The notes beneath the pieces are model-generated. The model searched no databases and was not told the DNA's origin. It saw only the letters and a program-made list of their open reading frames with translations. This document shows positions 51,884 to 63,934 of a DNA stretch of 64,000 bases, piece after piece; within the stretch, counting starts at the first letter, position 1, and every line of letters starts with the position of its first letter. The stretch covers positions 110,112,001-110,176,000 of the forward strand of contig NC_043001.1 of assembly GCF_006345805.1 (NCBI RefSeq). The letters are read 5' to 3'. The translations under genes and the position numbers were made by a program. The DNA is from Octopus sinensis. Its lineage: Eukaryota.

Positions 51884-52197
51884 GTGGAGGCGCAATGGCC
51901 CAGTGGCTAGGGCAGCGGACTCGCGGTCGTAGGATGGCCGTTTCGATTCCCAGACCGGGCGTTGTGAGTGTTTATTGAGCGAAAACACCTAAAGCTCCAC
52001 GAGGCTCCGGCAGGGGGTGGTGGCGATCCCTGCTGTACTCTTTCGCCACAACTTTCTCTCACTCTTTCTTCTGTTGGTCTGCTCGCTTAGCCAGCGGGGT
52101 GGCGTCATTTGAAGGCTAAAACAATGCGTAGCGCATTGTGACCAGCGATGTGTAGCAACATCTGATAACCTGGTCGGTCACGGTGATCACGGTGATA
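51884..52197 (+). mobile_element. SINE family D with tail Y, ending (cacggtgat)2
   Basis: tRNA-like head ggcgcaatggcccagtggctagg...gtttcgattccc; possible TSD tagaat(g/a)ac. Confidence 0.9.
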
Positions 52198-52498
52198 TAG
52201 AATAACATAGTCTGGGCCAATATTAACAATACTAACAACAACAACATCAACAAAGACGACGGGATCATCCTCAGAAGGATTGTGGAAATTGTAACAGCAA
52301 TAGCACCAACAATGTCAACATCAAACACGTTAGCGATAACAAGAGTGGTGGCAAATAATAAGATAATCGCCAGTCAGGAGATATGTTAGCCCTGCACTTT
52401 TTCCACCCTTGACCTTAATCCATCCCTGCTCACATGCATATATACACAACACACAGGAATGTGTGACCTTTCCCCAATTTGAGTCGATGTTTGAGTCG

Positions 52499-52706
52499 AT
52501 TATTATTATTATTCTTATTATTCAGTAGTTTTATTTTTATAGCGTGCTTTCACTTCACTACCGAGCACAGCTCTGTGTGCCTTGGGTATGTGCTGTGATT
52601 TGTTGTGATGCTCTGATGGTTATTGTATGGAAAGTGTTCTGCGTAGGATGTGTGCAGTGCCTAGTAGTGCAATTTTCTGTATGTTATATGTGTTTGTAAG
52701 TCCTGG

Positions 52707-52709
<3 letters not shown>
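52499..52709 (-). mobile_element. R4/Dong-clade LINE 3' end in (TAA)n
   Basis: 52709-52620 encodes TPGLTNTYNIQKIALLGTAHILRRTLSIQ*, the recalled R4/Dong ORF C-terminal motif; ~100-nt UTR; TAA repeats on both sides. Confidence 0.8.
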
Positions 52710-52754
<45 letters not shown>

Positions 52755-52939
52755 GCCGTCGAATAGATTGCATTCTGTCGTTTCTTTCGACTCTTTCTTT
52801 TCTTAGTTCAAACTCAACCCAGGTAAACTTTACCTGTGATCCTTTTGGATTAGTTAGAATGAAGAACCACTGAAGCATCACTAATCATTTCGCATGCAAA
52901 GAAAAAGCTACTGCACTTAGGCTAATATTAGAAACGTTT

Positions 52940-53080
52940 AAATAAGCGACGAACTTGAGAATCCTTAGGGAATCAGAACAAATGAACTGATCCCCCCCCC
53001 TTAATTACATTCTGAGTTCTAATTCCACCGAAAGTAATTATCCTTTTCATCGTCCAGGGTCAGAAAAAATAAACTAATTT
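52940..53080 (+). mobile_element. SINE family B, heavily diverged
   Basis: acattctgagttctaattccaccga...ccttttcatcgtccagggtc. Confidence 0.55.
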
Positions 53081-53084
53081 ACAT

Positions 53085-53172
53085 GCCCACGGGCATATGG
53101 CGGAGTGGTTAAGAGCGCGGTCTACTAACCCCAAAATTCCGAGTTCGATTCCAAGCAATAACCTGAACACTA

Positions 53173-53204
<32 letters not shown>

Positions 53205-53503
53205 ACTACTACTACTACCACTAATACTAATAATAATAATGAGAAGAAGAAGAAGAAGAAGAAGATGAAGAAGAAGAAGAAGAAGAAGAAGAAGAAGAAG
53301 AAGAAGAAGAAGAAGAAGAAGAAGATCGAAAAATGCCTTAGGAATGATAACCCTGGTTCGAAATTTCCCCAAGACACCTGACGAAGGCTGGAAGGTATAT
53401 CAGACGAAACGTGTTAAAAACGAACAAGATGAGGACAAATATCCGTCGAATGTAAATAATGTAAATAATGTACATAATTCCTCATCTCTTAAATATAGAA
53501 CTG
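53085..53503 (+). mobile_element. SINE family E: tRNA-like head, internal microsatellite, hammerhead-bearing tail
   Basis: A-box tggcggagtggttaag, B-box gagttcgattcc, (TAC)(TGC)(TAA)(GAA) interior, gacac-CTGACGA-a-ggctg...cagac-GAAAC at 53373-53410. Confidence 0.8.
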
Positions 53504-54819
53504 AATGAACTAATTGTTTGACACTTGAGTTGAAGCTCTCTACTCTCTACTAGCCTTGCGCTTAAATCAGAAACGGCTATATTTGTTCATGTTATTCATG
53601 TCTAACCTCGGAATTAGCCACGAATCCAGCACAGTTATGACCACAGGCGTTCCAGAACTGACCAACCATCCAACAACTTTGCATATAATAAAGTACGTAC
53701 GTCCTTTTTTCTTTCATTACAATGGCGGCTGTAGTGTTTTGTAAGATATTTTCCTGCCATATTGTGGCAGATCAAACGAATCGAATGTCTAGAGTCTGCT
53801 CTAGTCAATTATTTAATTATTCCGTTCTTTGATTCTTAGATGAGATGTTCTGTTTATGAGTCTATTCAATTCTTCTCGACATAGTAAATGACAATTTTGT
53901 TTGATCTTTGACTGATCTCCTAACGTTGCATGTAATTGTGTTTTATTTTTTTCCATTATCGATCACTGAAGTATTTGATAATTTGATTAGTTAACTAGTA
54001 ACTTTTATTCTCGTTGAAGTAATTGCAGTTACAACTACTCCCGTTGATGTGGTTATTATAGTTTAATAGTGCCAATTAGCTGTTATTGACGAAATATTCC
54101 GTCAAACATTTGCGAATAAGTCTAACAGCCATTACTTTCCATATTCATTTTATATTTGTCCTCTCTCGGTTTCATTTACTGGACAGTAGTCAGTCTGAGG
54201 CACTGCTTTCAAGTGAATTTTATTGATATTACCGCGGCCAATATTTTTTATCAACACATACACAATATTCTTCGTAACGTTCGAAATGGAAAGTTGACAA
54301 TGTCGGAAGGGAAGATTATTCAAATGGATATGAAATGAATGATGATAGTATTATTTGAATGTCACTATTTTCGTGTCAGAAAAATAAAAAACCTTCGCAT
54401 AATGTCTCTCGCTAACAAACGAGCCGTGACGGCATTTTCAATATAAAACGCAGACATTCTCAGATTTATTTCTAACCTTTTCTGCTTATTGTGCTGTCTG
54501 TCTCTCTGGCTCTCTCTACCTCTCCCCCTCCCTCTTATGATATAAGTTGGAGGTATTAGAAGCATCTAAGGGAGAGATGTATCCAGAGGCACTCCTGGTA
54601 ATTACCTCAGTATGTATGGTCCTTGTTATAAGGTATACGGTAGTAGGTAATTTAAAAGGTAAAACATGGTTTAATGTATAAAAAACGATAAGAAAATGGG
54701 GAAATAAGTATCAAAGAGAAGTGGATCTTTGGTGTTAATTATTTAAATAATCACTTTATAAAAGCAAAAGTCCACTTTCCTTGTTAGTTTTTTCTCCATC
54801 TTCTAATCTATATATATAT

Positions 54820-55129
54820 ATATTCTATAATTATAAACATAATTATAATCAGTGTTCCGCTAATTGCTTCGCCACGCACCGAATTTAGAAATAGGTGTTA
54901 AATGCCTTTTCTACTTCCATAAAGGTCTTCCAGGCAGTAACAATCTTTTTTACATAGGCAAAAAGAAAAAATAACGAATCCACACGACACAGATTAGCTA
55001 CAGTGTGTTACTGTCTGGGAGATCTTTTATGGTAGTAGAAAAGGCATTTAACTCCTATTTCTAAATTCGCTGCGTGGCGAAGCAATTAGCTGACCCCTGA
55101 TTGTAATTATGTTTATAATTATAGAATAT
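54820..55129. mobile_element. Fold-back MITE with ~123-bp TIRs
   Basis: 54820-54942 and 55006-55129 are reverse complements, about 90% identical by hand count. Confidence 0.85.
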
Positions 55130-55266
55130 TTGTATAGTTTTACCTATAAAGGTTATTTTAATGCACCGAACTACTTGGTAAAATTATTAATTATTAATTA
55201 ATTAATTAATTAATTATTCCCACTTAATATTATTGAAATTATATATATACATATCTTTTTATTTAG

Positions 55267-55408
55267 GATGATAATGTGTATTTTGAAGGATTTATAGCCC
55301 ATGATGATATCTACCAAGGTGTTCTGCAGGATTCAGCAGGTATAATGGGAGAAATTTTGCCCGACCATAATTTTGCAGATTCGAAGATTAGAAAGGGGTT
55401 TCCTAATG
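55267..55408 (+). CDS. Candidate internal exon, unknown product
   Basis: ctttttatttag acceptor; frame DDNVYFEGFIAHDDIYQGVLQDSAGIMGEILPDHNFADSKIRKGFPNG; donors at 55340 (gtataa) or 55409 (gtaaac). Confidence 0.3.
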
Positions 55409-55489
55409 GTAAACTAATAAACATTTACACCACTCATTAGTTATATAAACATTAAGTTAAACTGAGTAGTAATACGTTTCCTTTGAATT

Positions 55490-55650
55490 CTAATGTGGTT
55501 ATGTGGTAAGAAGCTTACTTCTAATCACATGGTTCCAGGTTCAGTCCCACTGTATGGTATCTTGGGAAATTGACTAATTTTATCGCTTCGAGCCTTGTGA
55601 GTACATTGGGTAGACCGAAACTGAAAGAAGTCCTTCGTATCTATCTATTC

Positions 55651-55701
<51 letters not shown>

Positions 55702-55766
55702 ATCTATCTATCTATTTATCTATCTATCTCTCTGTCAGTCTCTGTCTCTCTCTATATATATCTTTC

Positions 55767-55841
<75 letters not shown>

Positions 55842-56090
55842 CTTTGTCTATCTGGGTGTGGGTGTGCCTCTATGTCTGCGCTTGTCCCTCAACCACTGCT
55901 TGACAAACGGCATTGGTACATTTTCGTCCTCGAACCTTAAGAGTCGTGTCGAAAGTGTCCGACAAAATATGTACAAATCTTAAAAATATAAAAAAATAAC
56001 AAGTGCCGGTCGATCAATTCGATTAAAAATTCCTCAAGACTGCATGGCTGCAGTCTAAAGACTAATGACTAATACAAGTGAAGGATAAAG
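55490..56090 (+). mobile_element. SINE family A, old copy with (TATC)n interior
   Basis: tgtggtaagaagcttacttc...ggttcagtcccactg...gcttgacaaac...gcatggctgcagtc. Confidence 0.8.
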
Positions 56091-57735
56091 AAGGTATAAA
56101 CATATATACTTTCATATATAAGCATATAAATATGTGAATACATGTTCGGACTTATTTATCTACAGAAAAAACATATATAATACACAAAACATTTATGCAT
56201 TATATCCTAAAGATAACTACATTCGTTTAATATATCGAAAAACACATGTGGAGACTCTACCAATCCTTACATTTGAATTGTGCTTTGCCTATTAAGCAAA
56301 TATTTAATCAACTTGACAAACTAGATAATAAGTGTATGACATTATCTCTCTCTCTCTCTCTCCTCATACACACACACCATTGATACATCTCTTTCATGTA
56401 TTTTTGCTTGTGTGTGAGCGCGTATGTGTATATGTGTGACTCTGTGTGTGTGTGTGTGTGTGTGCGTTTGTAATTCTGTTGTGACTATACACGGATGTAT
56501 GAGTTTGTGCAATCAATCAACTTATCAATATTTACACGTCCCACGCATGCGTGGTTTATAACGTAAATTCTTCGACATTTTTATAACGAACGACATCCAT
56601 CATTGAATGATTACCTCGATTCAATTGAAAGGAAATGAGAAACTGTAGTTGGAACATTATGTTATTCCCCCACTCCCTAGGCTATATGTTTACACTGACA
56701 CACAGACACAAACACATACATACACGCACACGCACCAAACACACACAAACACACTCACAGATATTACCGTATTTTATACATATATATACGCATTAATATT
56801 AGTGTTTAAGTTCGACGCCATTACTCTGAAAATTGCAGATAAGTGAATACGAAAGAAAAAGAAAAGAATTATAGACAAAATTTTTTCTTTGTATTTCCAT
56901 AACTTGGGGTGAAAAGTCCTTAGGGACAATACATAGGGGACAATATATCTTTGTTTTGTAAATATCTGACTACATAAAATCCAGAAAGATTGAAGTTATT
57001 TCCTCAGAATTTATCGATAAGCTCTGAAGCTATGGTACGAACTAGATTCGTAGTATTAAATAAATCAGTTATAACTTCGTTCCTGTTTGTGGTTAATTAA
57101 CGATTTAGTTTATTAATCAAGATGGTTTCATTTATCTTTCAATTGCTGATTTTCGAATCTGATTTTTCAAATACAGACAACTATATCCTGTTGTGACGCG
57201 TTCCCTGAAGATATTTTGATGTGAATTTATTTGTATATATGTACCCATTCATGTAGGTTTGTAGTTGAATAGAAAAAGTGCTGCCGATATAAGCTCTATC
57301 TTATTTGTTACCAATTATTTTCTATTCAATTAGGCGTGTCTTTACAATATTAGATGGTTTAGTTGGCTTATGTGCTTCTAGTGCTGCTGTTTCCCAAACC
57401 AGAATTTTCCGATAGAGGGCACCAGACCGGGCCAGTTGTATATTTAATCCATTGCTATCTTTTACGACATATTTCCACAAACTCGTTTCATTAAATCTGT
57501 ATACGTACGTATATACTTATAATTGCTGTGAACATTCATTTCTAAATTTATTCTTCTTCTCACATATATTTAATAATTTGGGAATTAATATATTAGTAAC
57601 ACAACCAATTTTGTAGTTGTAACATTACGTTATATAGAATCTGGTTTTTCTCTTAGAAGTATCCTTTAATTCTCATCCGCAAAATACTGGGCATTTACAG
57701 ATACAGTTACACACATATACGTGCATAGATATAAG

Positions 57736-58026
57736 AGCACTCCGTCGGTTCGGACGACGAGTGTTCCAGTTCATCCGATTAACGAAATAGACTGCTCTTT
57801 AAATTAGCGAGCACTCTACAGACACGTATATCTCAGGTCGATTCAACATGATGCAGAATGCAAGAAGCTTGGCCCTTTGAGTTACAGACACAACCAATTG
57901 TTGCCAACTGAGTGGAATGTGAAATAAAACTCCTTGCTCAATGACACAACACGCTGTCGGGAATCGAACTCACGACCTTAGAATCTGTGAACCGAATGCC
58001 TCAACCACTAAAGCACATGCCTTCAC
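57736..58026 (-). mobile_element. SINE family C with tail X, diverged
   Basis: agcactccgtcgg tail, gtgaaataaa...ttgctcaa core, ggaatcgaactc B-box, ccttcac. Confidence 0.8.
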
Positions 58027-58527
58027 TGCAAAGATAGACTGAAGGATGGATACATATATGCATGCTTTCACATATACAAGTTTAAATTAACACTTTTTGA
58101 AACCTCTCCTGGCCCTACGATCAATAAATCATATTTCGAAGACTTTGGAACAAAAGAACTGGAAACAGCTACAAAATACCTGTTAACAAGAGAAAGAGAA
58201 ATTCATAAAGATCTCTCCATTGTGATACAAAATGTAAATTGTATCATAAGAATGTGACTGATACCATCAGCTGCCCCAAAACGTCTGCAAGATATTGCCC
58301 TTCAACGAGACATGACTCGATAATAGCCTGATATGCCCTATGCAAGGAGTGTCTGACGGCTCATACTAAAGGCACACCAGAATCAAAAGCTACCGATACT
58401 ATCAAAAATATGCACACCGTTGGAACAGCTCTGAGCACAAAAGGCCAAATATTGTTGTACAGAAGACATGCGATCTCTTCGTATCTAATTAGATTAGAAC
58501 CAATACTGCAATATCCGAAGGAAATAT
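58024..58527 (+). pseudogene. Possible decayed coding remnant (unidentified)
   Basis: 77-codon stop-free frame 58024-58254 with no early start codon, then further frames broken by stops and a shift (...LICP/CKECLTAH...). Confidence 0.15.
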
Positions 58528-58916
58528 GAAGGAAGGAAGCACTCCGTCGGTAACGACGACGAGGGTTCCGGTTGATCCGATCAACGGAACAGCCTGCTCG
58601 TGAAATTAACATGTAAGTGGCTGAGCACTCCAAAGACACGTGTACCCTTAACGTAGTTCTCGGGGATATTCAGCGTGACACGGAGAGTGACAATGCCGGC
58701 CTTTTGAAATACAGGTACAACAGAAACAGGAAGTAAGAGTGAGAGAAAGTTGTGGTGAAAGAGTACAGCAGGGATCACCACCATCCCTGCCGGAGCCTCG
58801 TGGAGCTTTAGGTGTTTTCGCTCAATAAACACTCACAACGCCCGGTCTGGGAATCGAAACCGCGATCCTACGACTGCGAGTCCGCTGCCCTAACAACTGG
58901 GCCATTGCGCCTCCAC
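58528..58916 (-). mobile_element. SINE family D head with tail X and 13-bp TSD
   Basis: CCGAAGGAAATAT at 58515-58527 and 58917-58929; head near-identical to 51884, tail as in 27320 and 57736. Confidence 0.95.
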
Positions 58917-58933
58917 CCGAAGGAAATATATAT

Positions 58934-59158
58934 TAATAATGGTATTTATATAAGCCTAAAGCTTATAGCGATCATCGTGCAATGACTACGGAATATAGTC
59001 TAATAATGGGGCAGAAAAAGTAAGCTTTCCTACCCCAGGCGGGTAGAAAAGCCTACTTGTTTCTTTTGAGGGATTGTATGCCCTTTAATTAGACAATTTT
59101 TCTTAGTCATTGCACGGTGATCGCTATAATCTTCAGGCTTATATAAATATCATTATTA
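58934..59158. mobile_element. Fold-back MITE, almost entirely hairpin
   Basis: Outer 55 nt 51/55 identical to the reverse complement of the other end; inner arms meet at ctacccc-aggc-gggtag. Confidence 0.8.
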
Positions 59159-59406
59159 TTATTTACAAGATTGTAAAACCCTGCATCGTATAACAAAACC
59201 ATTTGCACGGAAATATATATGTATACACCCTACAACTCGATAAAATAAGGTGAAACCTGTGGTCAATATGTGATCAATTTACTTCATCCCTTAAAATTTC
59301 TAGCCTTGTAACAAAATGTAATATCATTACTAACCTTAACCGTAATAGTATTTAGTTCTTCCCAATATATGCTACGCTTGTATCCATTACGTAATATTAT
59401 ACATAT

Positions 59407-60075
59407 AGGCGCAGGAGTTGCTTATAAGCGCAGGAGTGGCTGTGTGGTAAGCGGCTTGCTCACCAACCACATGGTTCCAAGTTCAGTCCCACTGCATGAC
59501 ACCTTGGGCAAGTGTCTTCCTCTCTAGTCTCGGGCCGACCAAAGTCTTGTGACAATTTTTAAATATGAACAAATGACCGAAAAATGATGAGCTAACCTCA
59601 GGCTGAATCGAACTCACAAATCGACGCTTTCATGGCTCCTTGCGAATCGGATTGGCCAAACTCTCACCCATCAGTTTCAGTCAACTTTAGTTAATATATA
59701 CTCCGTAACTCGCAAAGCCTACCGGGTTTGATTATAAAAATATTATTCATACAGTTATGTATATGTAAGTATGTATGTATGTATGTATGTACGTATGTAT
59801 GTATGTATGTATGTATGTATGTATGTATGTATGTATGTATGTATGTATGTATGTATGTATGTATGTATGTATGTTTGTGTGTCTGTGTTTGTCACGCCAC
59901 CATCGCTTGACATCCGATGTTGGTGGGTTTACGTACCCATAAATTAGCAGTTCCGCAAAAGAGACCGATAAAATACAACATAGGGTTACAAAGAATAAGT
60001 ACTGGGGTCGATTTCTTCGACTAAAGGCGGTGCTCCGGCATGGCCGCGCTCAAACGACTAAAGCAAATAAAATAA
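59407..60075 (+). mobile_element. SINE family A head (59407-59545) and body/tail (59870-60075) separated by ~320 bp
   Basis: Family landmarks on both sides of a unique insert and (GTAT)n; may be one interrupted copy or two fragments. Confidence 0.75.
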
Positions 60076-60604
60076 TTAAAAGTATATATATATATATATA
60101 TATTCGTGTGAGAGTATATGTATATGTGTATATGCGCGGTTTTCTGTGTGTATGCCTATGTTTTTGCTTGTGTATACGTGTGCGATTCTGTGTTTATATG
60201 TGTTCATATATATACACGAAATTTGTATACTGCGCTCTTTGTAATATTTCTTTCAAGTCGTAGACGTGTGAGAATGAGGATGTTGTGTAGTTCAGGTTTT
60301 CTTTTCTTTTTTTTTTTGCTTAGTATATCTCTTTTATAATCACAAATTGTGTAAATGGCATGACTGAGAAGTTAAAAAGCCACCATCCAAGACATTGTCT
60401 GTTCTCTGTGAACTTCTTGGCCATATTTGTAGTTTCCATAACAAACACACAAATACACACATATTTACATGAACGTATATCACAGAGACAAGCCAACATA
60501 CAAAGGAACATTTTCATACACGTCTGGCACTCACACACTCATCGCTTATACTTACGGATATATTAGAAAAGACTAAATAAGACATACACATTTCGAAAGA
60601 TACA

Positions 60605-60629
60605 TTCTTGCAGATATATATATATATAT

Positions 60630-60682
<53 letters not shown>

Positions 60683-60826
60683 TATACATATATATATACA
60701 TATATATACATATATATATACAGATATATATACAGATATATATATAATATATATATATATATATTATATATTATATATATATAATATATATACATATATA
60801 TATACATATATATACATATATATAAC

Positions 60827-60857
<31 letters not shown>

Positions 60858-60899
60858 TATATATATTATATATATATATATATAATATATATATATATT

Positions 60900-60933
<34 letters not shown>

Positions 60934-60975
60934 ATATATATAATATATATAATATATATAAATATAAATATATTA

Positions 60976-61023
<48 letters not shown>

Positions 61024-61055
61024 TGTATATATATATATCTATATATATATCTATA

Positions 61056-61101
<46 letters not shown>

Positions 61102-61105
61102 ATGT
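60605..61105. repeat. ~500-bp imperfect (TA)n tract
   Basis: Direct reading; similar long TA tracts at 3130-3545, 18060-18760 and 48895-49240. Confidence 0.95.
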
Positions 61106-61659
61106 ATACGTACCAATACGTACTTACAAGCGTATAACCTCTCCTTCACGCAATCATGCAAATACATCTACAAATGTTTTTATGCGTGTGTAGGGTCATA
61201 TTCCTGTCGTTCATTCGTCACGTTTAAGGGTACATTTCGTTATTGCTCTCTACACATCATTGTTAAAGAGTTCCTACTTCTGATGCGTCTGTTTGTGCTT
61301 TTTTACTTAATTCTGGCTCCATACTCTCGCAACCTTCCTCTTACTGCTACTTTCGGGGTCCTTCTCCTCCTTCTCCTTCGTCTGTTGAATGTTGGCGGTG
61401 CTGACGTAGTAGGAAGCGGTGTTGTTATTTTGCTCAGAAACAATGGATTGACGATATTATCTACTCTACATTCTTTTATATAAATACATATCTTCCATTC
61501 CTATTTTCTTCCTCATTCTGTTTTATTTTTTTTTATTTTTTCGTGGTTTTTAATATATAATGATTAATTGTTTACCGTATCCTTTGTTAATACACATAAA
61601 TGTATATGTACCTATTAAATTATCTTTCTATCTATCTATATATCTATCTCACCCTCTCT

Positions 61660-61756
<97 letters not shown>

Positions 61757-62809
61757 CATATATATATATACATATATATTGTGTGTGTATATCTATCTAA
61801 CTATCTATGTGCATATGCATACAAACATACATACATGCATACGTACCAACATACCTACGTACACACACACATATTGTGAGAAAGAGAAGCGAGAAATTAC
61901 TTATAGGAAGGCGTGGGTGGTTGGTGTGGGGATATATTTTTTGTATTTGGGTGTGGACTGATTCTTGTAAACAAGTTTTTATGAAGTGATACGAAATTTT
62001 TCCACAGCTCACGCACACATTCCCTCTGTCTTTTTCTATTTATGTAACTGTCTCTTTCTATACTTATCGTTCTATCCTTTGTATATATGTTCGGAACCTT
62101 ATAAGGTTCTGTATACGCATACAGATATACACATATTCACACACATATCATACATACATATAAACACATCTATGAATTTTACATGTGCATGCTTATGTGA
62201 AGTAAAGGATGTATGCGTTTGTGTGTTTAAGCGTGTGTGCTTTTTAAGCTATGTCTGCTTTTGAAAATGTATGCTTATCTGTGAGAGGAACCTTGTCTGA
62301 TTATATGCATTCACCACTCTCACGCACATGCATACACATATATAAACTCACGTATGCATATATTGAAATCTCTCTTTCTTTCACTGTCTGTCTATGTGTC
62401 TCTTTCTCTCACACTCTCATTCAAACATCTACGTACAAACACCGATAAAATAGATATAGTATTATATACCATCTTGTGCAAAGCCCAATGTCTAACTATT
62501 CGCACTTGTTTACATATATCACCACCTAACTGGAAATTACCGGAAGCAAATTGTCATTACTTAACAAGCTCTGAATTCATTGTTAGAAACCATCGTCTCA
62601 AAAAATGATAAATGTGAAAGAAGTTCCCAACATAATGTCCATTGTAATTTTGTTACCAAATACTCTGCATGGTAGTTTGTACGTTTCGCAAACATTAATA
62701 CAGATTCTACGAAACAATGAATCTATCGATAGGATTTGAAAGTGTAGTTAAACTTTGTCGAAAATTACGTAAGTCAAAATATGAATTACGCAAGACAAAT
62801 TCTGAGACG

Positions 62810-63139
62810 CCCTTCGGTCATGACTGACCGTGGGATTGCACCTAGAAAGTTACTCTCCCAGGCAAAAGTCCGGGCAAGGTTGTTTATAGAAGACCAGCAG
62901 TCACCCATGCATACCGGCCTACCCTCTCCACACCACTGATGTTATCCAAGGGAAAGGGAAAGGCCGATACAGCTTGGCAGTAATGATGTCGCAACTCATT
63001 TCTACAGCTGAGGGAACTGGAGCAACGTGAAATAAAGTGTCTTGCTCATGAACACAGCACGCAACTCGGTCTAGGGTTCGAGCTCACAACCTCACGATCG
63101 TAAGCTCGCCGCTCTAACCACTGAGCCATGCGCCTTCAC
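62810..63139 (-). mobile_element. SINE family C (CORE-like) with tail Z and TSD
   Basis: Head gtgaaggcgcatggctcagtggttagagc; core gagcaagacactttatttcacgttgctccagtt; (ac)gcaagacaaa repeated at 62788-62799 and 63138-63149. Confidence 0.9.
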
Positions 63140-63296
63140 GCAAGACAAAGAGTAAGTCAATATTGAATTATATAGTCATGGATCCATTGTTTAAAGGACA
63201 ATGTAATCTTAGATATATTATATTTTAATAAAAGATGGCATTTTTGTGGTTGAAAGATTTTTGTGGACATACGGTATCAAAATTTAAATTACTACT

Positions 63297-63694
63297 ATTT
63301 TACTCTTTTACTTGTTTCAGTCATTTGACAGTGGCCATGCTGGAGCACCGCCTTTCGTCGAGCAAATCGACCCCAGTACTTATTCTATCGGTGTCTTTTG
63401 CCGAACCGCTAAGTTACGGAGACGTAAACACACCAGCATCGGTTGTCAAGCGATGTTGGGGCGACAAACACAGACACACAAACATGCACACAAACACACA
63501 CACATACACACATATATATATATATACATATATACGATGGGCTTCTTTCAGTTTCCGTCTACCAAATCCACTCACAAGGCTTTGGTCGGCCCTAGGCTAC
63601 AGTAGAAGACAGTCTCCCGAGGTGCCAAGTAGTGGGACTGAATCCGGAACCATGTGGCTGGTAAGCAAGCTACTTACCACACAGCCACTCCTAC
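63297..63694 (-). mobile_element. SINE family A, full length
   Basis: All family landmarks present. Confidence 0.95.
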
Positions 63695-63784
63695 TGAATA
63701 AAAAGGAATTTAGGAACGCCATTGTAAATAACCATGAGGTATTGCAATGAATTATGTAATGTGAATTGCGATATACAACAACAG

Positions 63785-63934
63785 GAACCTGTGATAATAT
63801 ACCTCGGCCTCTAGTTTGGCAGCTTAAAAGGACTATTGACACTGGATTTCAAATTCATCGATTCATCAGAGAAATCCACCCTCTTCAGGTTGGTTTCAAT
63901 TGTGACCGCGAGTTAAAGGGAATTCATGTTGTTG
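63785..63934 (+). CDS. Best candidate coding exon (150 nt, phase 1-1), unknown product
   Basis: Frame (G)TCDNIPRPLVWQLKRTIDTGFQIHRFIREIHPLQVGFNCDRELKGIHVV(G), strong TTG|gtgagt donor; acceptor context weak; frame stays open to the window end, so it is missing from the ORF track. Confidence 0.4.

Noticed and set aside
51477-51932. 77-aa ORF plus a CCRHHRCN motif suggesting a three-finger or activin-receptor Cys box
   Set aside because: The Cys motif comes from degenerate CAN-type repeat sequence, the two ORFs are not linked by credible splice sites, and Cys spacing is incomplete
53091-53165. tRNA gene (also heads at 51884, 58850 and 63070)
   Set aside because: A and B boxes present but no acceptor-stem pairing; each continues into SINE body, so these are tRNA-derived heads
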